A stretch of 32,000 nucleotides of DNA from Candidatus Kuenenia stuttgartensis (GCF_900232105.1 NZ_LT934425.1:1830001-1862000); one strand, 5' to 3'; shown: positions 1 to 9,426, numbered from the stretch's first letter. The notes: generated by a model not told the origin, from the letters alone. Numbers and translations: made by a program.

Positions 1-433
1 AGGAGGAAGAATAAAGTTCAGAGGTTGAACCCGCGCCGGTGTTCTCACTGCTTCCAGTACGAATCGCAAAGCCTTCGGCATCTATCGTTGGAAAGCGAGT
101 GCTGCCAATGATGCCCCTTTGGGCTCTGGCTTGGCACAATTGTGCTTCCGCTGTTCTGAGATCAAGGTTGGCAGCTATTGCCCTTTCCACAAAACCACTA
201 AGTACAGGGTCCCCCAGGGATTTCCACCATTGCGAGAGTGTCTCCGGATCGAGTTGTTGCTGGGTCAAACCGCCTTCAAGTTGACCGACCCACGCTTCAG
301 GTGATGCTCTATCAGGTTTTTTATAATCGGGGCCTACCGTGGTGCAACTGGCCAGCAAAGTAAATAATAATAGCCCTGCAAATCGGCACCTGGGTCTGCA
401 CTTGGGTCGACACCTAAATCGATTGTTATTCAT
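1..433 (-). CDS. RND efflux outer-membrane factor lipoprotein (NodT/OprM family), 5' portion; gene continues past the left edge
   Basis: Absent from the ORF track because it has no stop in the window. The reverse strand from ATG at 433-431 is open to base 1. It reads MNNNRFRCRPKCRPRCRFAGLLLFTLLASCTTVGPDYKKPDRASPEAWVGQLEGG...WWKSLGDPVLSGFVERAIAANLDLRTAEAQL. It has a lipobox LLAS|C, then GPDYxxP and WW..L.DP.L......A...N.DL..A motifs typical of NodT-type OMFs. It starts 11 nt downstream of the permease on the same strand. Confidence 0.85.
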   Translation of the reverse strand, partial: MNNNRFRCRPKCRPRCRFAGLLLFTLLASCTTVGPDYKKPDRASPEAWVGQLEGGLTQQQLDPETLSQWWKSLGDPVLSGFVERAIAANLDLRTAEAQLCQARAQRGIIGSTRFPTIDAEGFAIRTGSSENTGAGSTSELYSSS

Positions 434-444
434 AAGGTAATCAA

Positions 445-3400
445 TCATATCGCGTGTTCCGTTGCGGTGGCCGGTGCTGCGTCCTTGTAACGAAACATTA
501 AGCTGTATAAAACAGGCACGAAACCCAGGGTCAGAATAGTACCCATTCCAAGACCGCACATAATGACAATGGCCATGCCATACCAGAACTCGCCACCAAA
601 TAATGCCAACGGTAATAGTCCCGCAATAGTGGTAATGGTGGTCATGATGATGGGCCGTGCACGGGCTAGTGCCGCTATGGTTACGGCTGCATCAACCACC
701 AAACCCTCGTCTCGTGCCTGATCAATTCGATCGATCATGACAATACCATTGTTAACAATAATTCCCGCCAAGCTAAACAGGCCCAACATAGCGGTAAAGT
801 CGAAGAAGGCGCTAAATATCATCAAACCAAAATTGGCACCGATAATAACCAGGGGTATGGTGAGCAGGATAATGGCAGAGCGGCGGAAAGAGTTAAATTG
901 CAACACCAGCAACAGCATAATCAGGAAGAGGGCATGGGGAGCGTAGCCAAATAGCTTACTGTTAGATTCCTGAGCGCCTTTGATTTCACCTTCCAGCTCT
1001 AACGTATAACCGCTTGGCACCTCGATGGCATTCAATCCTTCTTGCATCGCGGCGTAGAGTTCGATCGCCGTTAAACGCGGGTGTTTGCCAGCGATAGTGA
1101 GGGCGCGTTGCTGGTTATAGCGGCGAATCCGGCTGGCCTCGACGACGCCTTTGAAGTCCGCTATTTGTAATAGCGGTACAGGAACACCAGCGTCAGATAA
1201 TATCTCGACGGTTCTCAAGCGATCCAGATTACCGCGATCATCTGACTGCGCACGAATAGTTACCGGTATGACTTTGTCGTCCTCACGATAACTGGTGATC
1301 TGATAGCCATCAAAGGAGGCGGATAAAGTGCGCGCGATCGCTTCGCTTGTTACGCCGGCACGCCTGGCCCGTTCCTGGTCAATATCTACCACCAATTTAA
1401 ACACCGGGTTTTCCCAGTCACTGCGGATTGTTTGAGCACCGGGCACACTGTAAAAGGCGTCTTTCACCTGCGCTCCCAGCGCTCGCAACACATCCGCATT
1501 GGGGCCCCGCACACGTATTTCGACGGAGCCAAGCGCTCCGTGACCGAGAAACAGGATATCCGCTCTGCCATTGGCCTGCGGCAAATCTTGCTTAATAAAC
1601 TCCTCAACACGCTGCATAACCCTGGCTATTTGATCACTGGTTTGAGTGTTAACCACAAGAAAGGCCTTGTTGGGTTGCGCATCATTGGGGCTTAAAGCCA
1701 GAAAAAATCGGGGTCCACCGGAACCCACATAAGTCAAAATACCGGTGACTTCCGGGTTCTTTCCCTTATCGTTCAAATAGGCCGCTAATTTGTGGCTGGC
1801 AATCAGTGTTTCACTGATATCGGCTTCGGCGGGCAAATCAATATAGACAGTAAACTGGTTACGCTCTGACGGCCCCAGCGATCGCTGTTTAACAAACTTA
1901 AAAACCTGACTCGAAGCAAACAGGCAAATAATCATCAAAACAATGAACGCAACCCGCCATTTAAGTAGGATGCCAAGTAGCTGGCGATAGAACTTGTAAA
2001 CTGGAGCCTTATAGGTGTTGGCGCTATTGTTTGTGGAACCGGTATTTTTCGAATTAGTATTTGTCGAGACAGGCAAAAACCAGTAACAAAATGCAGGAAT
2101 GACGGTAATGGCTAATACCCAGGAAGATAGCAGGGCAATGGCTAATACCTGGCCTAATGAACGCAGAAATTCGCCCGTAGTATCATCGATTAATACCAAT
2201 GGAAGAAATGCAATTACGGTGGTAAGGGAGCTGGTAAGCAGCGGGATGGCCAGGATTTTGGGTGTTGCGAGTGCAGCCTCAAGCCGCTCCACTCCATTAT
2301 CCATGCGCTGACGAATATCTTCGGCTATAACGACACCGTTATCCACCAGCAAGCCCAGAGCAACAATGATGGCGGCGATCGATACCCTGTGTAACTCGAT
2401 ATCCCATATGTACATACCTATCAAGGTTGCCATCATGGTCAGAGGCACCATAGTGCCAACAATTAAACCGATACGCCAACCTAGAAACAGCATCACCACG
2501 ACCAATACCACAACCATGGTCTGCAGTAGATTGTTGGTGGCGTCATTCACCGACGCTTCTACCAGATCAGGTTGGAAAATCGCAACGTCCAACTGCATGC
2601 CAACAGGCAACTTGGGCTTAAGGGTGCCTAGCCGGGCATTAACCTGTTTGCCCAGCTCAACCACATTAGAGGCAGTCATCATAGATACGCCCAACACAAT
2701 CGCCGGCTGGTTATTATAGAAAGCCGGGGCTTTGGGAGGATCCACATAGCCCCGCCGGACAGTTGCCAGATCACGCAGATAGACTAATTCGCCGTCATCC
2801 GTTTCAATGGCTAAATTACGAATTTCATCCACTGAGCGAAAGTCACCGGAGGGTTCAATGACCACCGTCTGTCCGGCGGCATTAACCGTTCCGCCGGGCA
2901 ACACAATATTTTGTGCCCGCAATGCGGTCACAATGGCGGTCGGAGTTAACTTAAACTGAGCCATAAAATGTGCATCAAACTCTAACCAGATACGTTCGTC
3001 CTGAACCCCATACAGGTCGACACGCGCTACCAGTGGCAGGCTACTCAAGCTATCTTTAATATCTTTAGCGACCTCGTTGAGTTCGGCCATGGAATAGTCG
3101 GCTCCAGTCAGTGCCAGTGTGACCACCGCAACACGGCCGTAATCGTCATTAACGGTTAGGCCCTGGGTACCCTCTGGCAAGCTATCACGCAGATCATTCA
3201 TCTTATTGCGCAGGTCAGTCCAAATCGTGTCCATATCGTGGTAACGGGCATGGGCTTCTGGCGTAACAATTGATAGGCCCGTCATTGAGACGGACTTAAT
3301 TTTGTCGATTTCAGACAACTCCTTGATTTTGTCTTCAATAGGACTCGTGATGAGCTGTTCTATTCGTTCGGGCGATAAACCTGGAAAAGAGGTGATCACC

Positions 3401-3540
3401 TGTGCGCTGCGCAAGGTGATTTCGGGATCTTCCTGCCGGGGCTGGGAAACGAAAATAGCAAGCCCACCAAGCAAAATCGCGACAATCAACAAGCACGAAA
3501 ACCTGGCATGACTAATCGTGAACCGTGTAAGTTTATCCAT
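445..3540 (-). CDS. RND efflux transporter permease subunit (AcrB/AcrD/AcrF superfamily)
   Basis: 1031-aa ORF with the two-fold architecture of RND pumps: a hydrophobic N-terminal helix, large hydrophilic loops and two blocks of TM helices. It has the paired motifs LGLLVDNGVVIAEDI and LAGIIVNNGIVMIDRI at equivalent positions of each half. The start overlaps the adaptor gene stop by 8 nt. Confidence 0.93.
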   Translation of the reverse strand: MDKLTRFTISHARFSCLLIVAILLGGLAIFVSQPRQEDPEITLRSAQVITSFPGLSPERIEQLITSPIEDKIKELSEIDKIKSVSMTGLSIVTPEAHARYHDMDTIWTDLRNKMNDLRDSLPEGTQGLTVNDDYGRVAVVTLALTGADYSMAELNEVAKDIKDSLSSLPLVARVDLYGVQDERIWLEFDAHFMAQFKLTPTAIVTALRAQNIVLPGGTVNAAGQTVVIEPSGDFRSVDEIRNLAIETDDGELVYLRDLATVRRGYVDPPKAPAFYNNQPAIVLGVSMMTASNVVELGKQVNARLGTLKPKLPVGMQLDVAIFQPDLVEASVNDATNNLLQTMVVVLVVVMLFLGWRIGLIVGTMVPLTMMATLIGMYIWDIELHRVSIAAIIVALGLLVDNGVVIAEDIRQRMDNGVERLEAALATPKILAIPLLTSSLTTVIAFLPLVLIDDTTGEFLRSLGQVLAIALLSSWVLAITVIPAFCYWFLPVSTNTNSKNTGSTNNSANTYKAPVYKFYRQLLGILLKWRVAFIVLMIICLFASSQVFKFVKQRSLGPSERNQFTVYIDLPAEADISETLIASHKLAAYLNDKGKNPEVTGILTYVGSGGPRFFLALSPNDAQPNKAFLVVNTQTSDQIARVMQRVEEFIKQDLPQANGRADILFLGHGALGSVEIRVRGPNADVLRALGAQVKDAFYSVPGAQTIRSDWENPVFKLVVDIDQERARRAGVTSEAIARTLSASFDGYQITSYREDDKVIPVTIRAQSDDRGNLDRLRTVEILSDAGVPVPLLQIADFKGVVEASRIRRYNQQRALTIAGKHPRLTAIELYAAMQEGLNAIEVPSGYTLELEGEIKGAQESNSKLFGYAPHALFLIMLLLVLQFNSFRRSAIILLTIPLVIIGANFGLMIFSAFFDFTAMLGLFSLAGIIVNNGIVMIDRIDQARDEGLVVDAAVTIAALARARPIIMTTITTIAGLLPLALFGGEFWYGMAIVIMCGLGMGTILTLGFVPVLYSLMFRYKDAAPATATEHAI

Positions 3541-4690
3541 CCGTTAAACCCTGTTCAGGCGTCCACAGTTCAACCTTCATATTTTCATGCAGAAAGGTGA
3601 CGCCTGCGCTGACAGTCTTCTCACCCGCTTCAAGGCCTTCATAAACTTCCAGTTGATTTCCTCGCAGGTCACCGATGACCACATCCCTGACTTGCAGCCG
3701 GTAGTTATCGTCAATCACAAATACCGGTGCTGTCTTTTGAGGCACCTGCGAACTACTCTCTTTCGCTTGCCTGAGCATGCTAAATTCTATAGCAATCGCT
3801 GCAAGAGGTATCAAATACACGGTACTACCCTCAAGATACTCGTTGAAGTTAAAGGTGACACTGGCTGTCATGCCAGGAAGTAATTTGGTTTGCGATGCGG
3901 ATAATTGGATCTTTACGGGAAAGGCATTACCTGCTCCAACTCGCGAGCCGATTTCACTTACAACGCCAGTTAAGCTTGTGCCCTGGATTGTTGGGAAGGT
4001 GACCTGGACTCGCTGACCATAATCAATATCGCGAATCATCGTTTCAGGGATGCGGACATCGACTTCCAGGGCATCAGAGGATTGCAGTAAAAAGGCACCC
4101 TGACCAACCGTTGTTTCCTGGAAAGGATCAATATTCCGTTCGGCAATCGTGCCTGCAAAGGGTGCGGTTAATTCGGCATTTGAAAGATCGCGCTGCTTGC
4201 GATCAAGGTCACTCTGGGCAGCCTTTAAATTGCCACGTGCCGCTGCGTGATTTGCAGTTGCGGTGTCGACTTCAGCCTGTGACGATGCACGTTTGTTAAA
4301 CAGCGTTACGGTACGGTCATAAATTTGCTTGGTTTCCGTAACCTTTGCCCGCGCGATATTGAGCTGCGCCCGTGCTTGTTCCACGGCGAGTCGTAGCGGT
4401 TCCATATCCAGCACGGCTAATACCTGGCCTTGTAGAACCGTATCTCCTCTGCTGACCAATACCTGCTCTATAGTACCGCTAACACTGAAGCTGAGTACCG
4501 ACGTATCAGCCGCTATCAATTTGCCCGAAATACGCCTGGACTGTCCGGTTGCCTGTTCACCAACCTCAAAGTATTTAACACGCGGTGTCGTCTCAGCCAG
4601 TGGCTTGACGTCTGTTCCGCAGCCTGAGAGAAAAATGATACTGAATAAAATAACCGGTAAGCTGAATTCTATGGAGGGGTTTATTATCAT
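3533..4690 (-). CDS. RND efflux periplasmic adaptor (HlyD/MFP family) lipoprotein
   Basis: 385-aa ORF with signal peptide and lipobox FLSG|C. It has a lipoyl-like motif, a long coiled-coil segment (AQLNIARAKVTETKQIYDRT...AAQSDLDRKQRDLSNAELTAPFAGTI) and beta-barrel-like C-terminal parts. It is translationally coupled to the permease. Confidence 0.9.
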   Translation of the reverse strand: MIINPSIEFSLPVILFSIIFLSGCGTDVKPLAETTPRVKYFEVGEQATGQSRRISGKLIAADTSVLSFSVSGTIEQVLVSRGDTVLQGQVLAVLDMEPLRLAVEQARAQLNIARAKVTETKQIYDRTVTLFNKRASSQAEVDTATANHAAARGNLKAAQSDLDRKQRDLSNAELTAPFAGTIAERNIDPFQETTVGQGAFLLQSSDALEVDVRIPETMIRDIDYGQRVQVTFPTIQGTSLTGVVSEIGSRVGAGNAFPVKIQLSASQTKLLPGMTASVTFNFNEYLEGSTVYLIPLAAIAIEFSMLRQAKESSSQVPQKTAPVFVIDDNYRLQVRDVVIGDLRGNQLEVYEGLEAGEKTVSAGVTFLHENMKVELWTPEQGLTDG

Positions 4691-5394
4691 ATTTTTATAG
4701 TCTGGCGGTTAAAATAAGTTATTGGCCTACCCCAACTTTATATTAATGCACATTTAAAGGCTCTCTTAATAAAATCCAGCGCATTGATTATTGGCTTATC
4801 GGGTTTTTCTGTCAGTTTCCGGTCATAATAATAAGCTGCAAGTTCGGCCGGCCCCTCCATGCCAAAGCTGAAGTGTCAGGTCAGGAACCAATACACTTTA
4901 AACGATACTTATAACAAACCAGATATTAACTTGCACCTGTGCGCTAATGCAGCGGCCAGGATTAGCGACAATAGATCTGCCAACGGCTTTCAACAACCGA
5001 TAGATAATGGGAATTTGCTTATTAGATATTTTGTAATGGTAGTGAAAGTATTACCAAAATTCAAATGTTTTTTGGTAATTATCACGGCAACGTCAAAGTC
5101 CCCCTACGAAAGACGCGGATCAAGAATTTGTGCCAAAAGATCCCTTCAATAAGTGTAGAAAGAAGTAAAAAACAATAGAATTTCCATATAAATAGGCAAA
5201 AATGAGCAAAACAAACAAAATGTAACAGGAGTATCCCAGTAGTAATGAGAGAGAGAAATAAAGTGTTTTTTTGTTCTCTACATTACCAGCGGAGCATTTG
5301 AAATGAAAGAAAAGGTATTGCCGCAAAATTTCTGAGTGCCTTTGCAATATTTGGTACATTGAGAAAATGAAAAAGCACAATCACAAGATTCCTC

Positions 5395-5521
5395 GTAACT
5401 ATTCAGCGTAAAACGATACACGGCTCGTTCCAAACCTTGTACTAAACATAGTGAAGTATCAGTTTGGGAAAGAGTTACGCTCTGATCTCCGGTAGTTTAA
5501 TAGATTACGCTGAATAGTTAC
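5395..5521. mobile_element. MITE-like element 'Rep-A', copy 1 (127 bp)
   Basis: Perfect 17-bp terminal inverted repeats GTAACTATTCAGCGTAA (5395-5411) and TTACGCTGAATAGTTAC (5505-5521). A central hairpin has stem TTCCAAAC (5428-5435) pairing with GTTTGG (5462-5467) and a 26-nt loop. Homologous copies lie at 18541-18820 and 24330-24377. Confidence 0.85.
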
Positions 5522-5862
5522 AATTTCTTTCATTTTTGTTTAACGCCACTTATGCGCTGCAATCCATTTACCTCTTGATATGAATGGAGAGAAATGTTAT
5601 TTTTTTTGTTACTGAGAAAATGACATACATTTCTCTGGAAATCTCTTCCGCATTGTTATCAGGAAAAGACCTGTTTATACAGGCTAAATCATCGGCTTGT
5701 CATGCATTCAAATTACGTGGAATAGCACTACCGGATATTTTTTATTCCTGCCATGTAAAACCTGTCATTTTTTGACTCTGCAAATAGTGAATGTAATAGT
5801 TGGTGATATATTTTTAAACTTTTTTACTTTTACCCTTAAGTCTGAAATGAAAGGAGAAAAAA

Positions 5863-6294
5863 ATGGCACAGGTAAAACCGGGCGATACCATTCATGTTCA
5901 CTATACTGGTAAATTAAAGGACGGCACGATTTTTGATTCTTCCGTGAACCGTGAACCATTGAAATTTATCGTTGGAGAAGGGCAATTAATTCCTGGTTTT
6001 GAACAAATGGTAGTAGGGATGAATCCCGGCGAATCAAGGACGACAACAATTCCACCAGGCATGGCTTACGGCCCTTATTATAATGAAATGGTATTAAAGG
6101 TGGATAGAAGCCAGGTCCCGGACAACGTAGAACCAAAAGTAGGCCAGCAAATACAAATGCGAAACAATGAAGATGGCAGAGAGGTAATTGCGACAATAAC
6201 GGAGGTCTCTGCGTATAGCGTCACACTGGACGGCAACCATCCTTTAGCAGGGAAAGACCTGACCTTTGATGTTCTTCTTGTAGGAATTCTTTAA
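5863..6294 (+). CDS. FKBP-type peptidyl-prolyl cis-trans isomerase (SlyD/SlpA-like, with inserted chaperone flap)
   Basis: 143 aa. The sequence VHYTGKLKDGTIFDSS...LKFIVGEGQLIPGFEQMVVGMNPGE...DGNHPLAGKDLTFDV shows the split FKBP fold seen in SlyD-type PPIases. A strong SD (AAAGGAGAAAAAA) precedes the ATG. Confidence 0.9.
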   Translation: MAQVKPGDTIHVHYTGKLKDGTIFDSSVNREPLKFIVGEGQLIPGFEQMVVGMNPGESRTTTIPPGMAYGPYYNEMVLKVDRSQVPDNVEPKVGQQIQMRNNEDGREVIATITEVSAYSVTLDGNHPLAGKDLTFDVLLVGIL

Positions 6295-6530
6295 ATGTTT
6301 TATCTTATTGTCCCATAAAATACCGTTGAAGAAACGCCTTTTGAACTGAAGAAGCTTGTTTATTTTGTTTAACGTTTGGAACTGCAAATAAACTACAGTT
6401 TTATTGTGTTTGAAGGTACAGCCCTTTATGAATTTAAAAATATATATAATTATGTCCGGCGCCTTGATCTTTGTTTTGGTAGGTTTTATGATATTCTTTG
6501 AATTTTTTGTCAGGGCACACTGACCGATAA

Positions 6531-6926
6531 ATGGTGTATATGCCAAAGAAAAATGTGTGTGAAAAAGTGGTTTTTGTTTTAGGAGTATTATCTTTTTTCC
6601 TATTAAACTCATGTGCCCAAACACCTGCCCCCCGCGATGAAATAAATTTGTTTGCAACTCCTTTTAAATTGAATGCACACTCCGGATCGATAAATAAAGG
6701 TTTCATTGAAGTGCTGGATAAACAAGGCATGCCAATTTCAGGCGCAAAAATTAAAGTATTCAGCACTTCTCCAACGGTAGCCGTGGTAAAACCGGAAGAA
6801 ATTACGACAGACTCTTTGGGCAAAGCCAGTGTATCGATATATGGCATTTCCCCGGGAGGAACGAAAATTATCTTTTCCGCTGAGGGGAGGGATGCTTCGA
6901 TTGACGTTATTTTTTCGGAACATTAA
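6531..6926 (+). CDS. small lipoprotein with bacterial Ig-like (Big) domain
   Basis: 131 aa with a hydrophobic leader ending LLNS|C (lipobox-like). The C-terminal beta-rich segment GMPISGAKIKVFSTSPTVAVVKPEEITTDSLGKASVSIYGISPGGTKIIFSAEG resembles invasin/intimin-type Ig-like domains. The real start may be the internal ATG at 6540. Confidence 0.6.
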   Translation: MVYMPKKNVCEKVVFVLGVLSFFLLNSCAQTPAPRDEINLFATPFKLNAHSGSINKGFIEVLDKQGMPISGAKIKVFSTSPTVAVVKPEEITTDSLGKASVSIYGISPGGTKIIFSAEGRDASIDVIFSEH

Positions 6927-8025
6927 GGGAATTTGCATTTACTTTTGATGCTGGCATTTTTAACGAACAACCGTCGCCGCCATAGCGAATCATTATAATT
7001 TCAGCCATAATGCTTACTGCTATTTCTTCCGGGGTAACGGCTCCGATATTCAGGCCTATAGGGGCGTGTATTTCTTTGATCTTCTCAGGGGAAACACCTT
7101 CTTTCAAGAGACTTTTGAATATTTCCATCGATTTCCTTTTGCTGCCCAAAAGCCCGATGAAACGGGCTTGCGTTTGCGCGGCGGCAAACAAGGCCAGATC
7201 ATCGTAACGATGCCCGCGTGTGGCTACAACTATATAACTATTCCGGGTAAACGGAATATTCTCAAAGCACTTCCCGTAGTCGGAGACGATACATACTTTT
7301 GCATCAGGAAAATCTTCTTTTTGAACATAATCCTTACGGTCATCCACAATAGAGATGTCAAAGTCCAGCATAGCGGCTATTCGCGAAACCGCCCTGCTTA
7401 CGTGTCCTCCCCCGATTAGGATAAGTGCTGGCCGCGTCTGAAATCCTTCTATGTATATATCTGTTCCGTCACTTGCCTGAAAAAATATTTTCCCCCCGTG
7501 AAGAGCAATATTTCCGGCAACCCCGATTGTTTCCCTTTCAAGTGTTTCATTACCCAGGCTTCCCAGTTTTATGCCGTTTGCCTTAACAAGAAATTTTGCC
7601 CCCGGGACATGTTTCCCCCTTCTATCGTTTACGATTGTTGCAAGGGCAAGAGAGGCATATCCTTCGTAGGCAAGGAGTATTTCTTTTGCAAATGTTTCAA
7701 AGGAGTGTGGTGTTGTCAGTGGGTCAATAAAAAAAGACATAGTTCCTCCGCATACCATGCCGTCTCTTGCGGAGAAGTCCTCGTTCAAATCATACGTGCG
7801 GAGCACAGGCCTGCCATGCTCTTTCAGGAGTTGTTTTGCCTGCGACCATATTTCCCCTTCTATGCACCCGCCGCCGAGAGCGCCAACACCACTGCCATCC
7901 TTGCGGATTAACATTTTTGCTCCGTCTTTTTGCGGGGTAGAACCCTTTGTGCAAACAACAGTAACCAGTACACAGGGTTCTTTTGTTTCTGCTAAGTGAA
8001 GAATTTCTTTAAAAATTTCGTACAT
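6907..8025 (-). CDS. XdhC/CoxI-family accessory protein (molybdoenzyme maturation-type, XdhC_CoxI N-domain plus Rossmann C-domain)
   Basis: 372 aa. The N-terminal part reads VLVTVVCTKGSTPQKDGAKMLIRKDGSGVGALGGGCIEGEI. The C-terminal part reads ALILIGGGHVSRAVSRIAAMLDFDISIVDDR...VVATRGHRYD...IGLLGSKRK...PIGLNIGAVTPEEIAVSI. Both are characteristic of XdhC-family proteins. Confidence 0.85.
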   Translation of the reverse strand: MYEIFKEILHLAETKEPCVLVTVVCTKGSTPQKDGAKMLIRKDGSGVGALGGGCIEGEIWSQAKQLLKEHGRPVLRTYDLNEDFSARDGMVCGGTMSFFIDPLTTPHSFETFAKEILLAYEGYASLALATIVNDRRGKHVPGAKFLVKANGIKLGSLGNETLERETIGVAGNIALHGGKIFFQASDGTDIYIEGFQTRPALILIGGGHVSRAVSRIAAMLDFDISIVDDRKDYVQKEDFPDAKVCIVSDYGKCFENIPFTRNSYIVVATRGHRYDDLALFAAAQTQARFIGLLGSKRKSMEIFKSLLKEGVSPEKIKEIHAPIGLNIGAVTPEEIAVSIMAEIIMIRYGGDGCSLKMPASKVNANSLNVPKK

Positions 8026-8178
8026 GTCGTTAAAAGCGCATAAAGAAAAACCCCGTCGGTAATTATGTGCAGGATGTAAGAATAATTTGATTATACATAG
8101 CTGTTATAATACCATGTATTTGGTTTAATTATAATCATAATAACGCCATTTATTTTACGTGAATGTACTGGAGGCTTT

Positions 8179-9426
8179 ATGACAAAAGCATATTTAATTG
8201 TGGGCAGCGGGCCTGCCGGTATTACCGCAGCGGAGCGCATACGTAATCTGGACAGTGATGCGGAAATTATCGTAATATCTGAAGAAAAGACCCCCATGTT
8301 CTACCGTCCGAGAATTCCGGAATACTCTGTGGGAAAGATAGGCATTGAGGAGATTATGGTGAAAAAAAAGGATTTTTACGTGCAAAAAAAAATCCAACTT
8401 CATTTAGGAACAAGGGCAACAAAACTTGACAAGAAGAAGAGGGTTGTAGAGACATCTGAAAAGAATATCTATGGATATGATAAACTTCTTATTGCTACGG
8501 GAATCTCGCCAATAGAACCTAAATTTCCGGGAAGCCACCTCGAAGGCGTTTTTACTATGCATGATTTGATTCAGGCTGAAAGATTAAAGGTTGCCGTCAG
8601 GGATGCAAAACAGGTTGTTGTGGTTGGCGGAGGTCTTTTGGGCATGGATATGGCAGAAGAATTCAGGACAACAGGATTGCATGTTGTCTTTCTCGTAAGG
8701 AGAAATAGTTTAGGCGATCCCTTTTTTGATGAATATGGCTGCAAATTAATACGTGATGAATTTAAAAATATGGAGGTTGAAGTCATTACCAATGCAGAGG
8801 TTCAGTCACTCGAAGGGACAAACAATCAATTAGCATCGGTACTGTTAACGGACGGAAGAAGATTTGACAGTAATCTTTGTTTTATAGCAATAGGCGCAAC
8901 CCATGCGGTTGACTGGCTAAAAGACAGCGGCTTGAAAATAGAGAATGGCGTTTTGGTTGACAGGTATCTGAGAAGCCATGATGACGATGATGCTGTTTTT
9001 TCAGCCGGTAATGCGGCGCAAATCATGGATCCTGTTTTTGAAAAACATATTGTTCAAACCAATTGGATAAATGCAATAGCGCAAGGCGACATTGCCGGCA
9101 ACAACATGGCGGGAGGAGGGCTGAGGAAATATGAGACAACGTCAAATTATTTCAAGCGGGTAGGGGATCTTTTTTTTAATCTTATTGGAACAGGCAATCT
9201 ACGGATGAAAGGGGGGAAAAGAAATTATTTCAAAGGAAAAACCCCGAAGGAATATGTTATGGTCACGACAAAAGAGGGAAGAGTTGTTGGTGCTGTTGTT
9301 TGCGGCCGACACAAAATCACCGTAAAATTAAAAGACTCAATAGAGAAGCAAAGTGATTTTTCAAATATGGATAAATTAATCGATCAGGAAGAAAAGAGCA
9401 TAGAAGACCTGTCAAAATTGTTTTAA
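8179..9426 (+). CDS. FAD/NAD(P)-dependent pyridine nucleotide-disulfide-family oxidoreductase
   Basis: 415 aa with an N-terminal FAD dinucleotide fold (LIVGSGPAGITAAERI), a second NAD(P) fold (VVVVGGGLLGMDMAEEF) and LLIATG and FSAGNAA motifs. The layout matches NirB-N/rubredoxin reductase/NADH oxidase-type enzymes. No redox-active CxxxxC was seen. SD GGAGG lies upstream. Confidence 0.8.
   Translation: MTKAYLIVGSGPAGITAAERIRNLDSDAEIIVISEEKTPMFYRPRIPEYSVGKIGIEEIMVKKKDFYVQKKIQLHLGTRATKLDKKKRVVETSEKNIYGYDKLLIATGISPIEPKFPGSHLEGVFTMHDLIQAERLKVAVRDAKQVVVVGGGLLGMDMAEEFRTTGLHVVFLVRRNSLGDPFFDEYGCKLIRDEFKNMEVEVITNAEVQSLEGTNNQLASVLLTDGRRFDSNLCFIAIGATHAVDWLKDSGLKIENGVLVDRYLRSHDDDDAVFSAGNAAQIMDPVFEKHIVQTNWINAIAQGDIAGNNMAGGGLRKYETTSNYFKRVGDLFFNLIGTGNLRMKGGKRNYFKGKTPKEYVMVTTKEGRVVGAVVCGRHKITVKLKDSIEKQSDFSNMDKLIDQEEKSIEDLSKLF

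Noticed and set aside
39-304. Two plus-strand ORFs (81 and 61 aa) at the left edge.
   Set aside because: The opposite strand encodes a convincing NodT-type lipoprotein N-terminus (lipobox plus conserved motifs). The plus-strand ORFs are its shadows.
737-4700. Plus-strand ORFs of 62-123 aa inside the RND permease and adaptor genes (e.g. 2366-2719, 4329-4700).
   Set aside because: All lie antisense to, or out of frame with, long well-supported efflux genes. Their R/S/T/L-rich composition is typical of shadow frames in ~50% GC DNA.
4738-4860. 40-codon minus-strand ORF (MEGPAELAAYYYDRKLTEKPDKPIINALDFIKRAFKCALI) 47 nt upstream of the adaptor gene. I considered it as a TetR-regulator remnant or leader peptide.
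   Set aside because: No HTH or other diagnostic motif appears in any frame of 4700-5100. It is too short and has no supporting signal.
5120-5959. Short ORFs in the AT-rich region between the RND island and the PPIase gene (5120-5380, 5584-5775, 5697-5912, 5765-5959).
   Set aside because: They are low-complexity F/L/I/K/Y-rich translations typical of AT-rich non-coding DNA. They overlap each other and Rep-A and have no SD or motif.
6428-6523. 31-codon hydrophobic ORF (MNLKIYIIMSGALIFVLVGFMIFFEFFVRAH) upstream of the Ig-like lipoprotein gene.
   Set aside because: It could be a small membrane peptide. Length, AT-rich context and lack of conservation evidence make it unsupportable from sequence alone.
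6244-6847. Two 137-aa minus-strand ORFs overlapping the PPIase/lipoprotein region.
   Set aside because: They are antisense to better-supported plus-strand genes or run through AT-rich spacer, with low-complexity composition.
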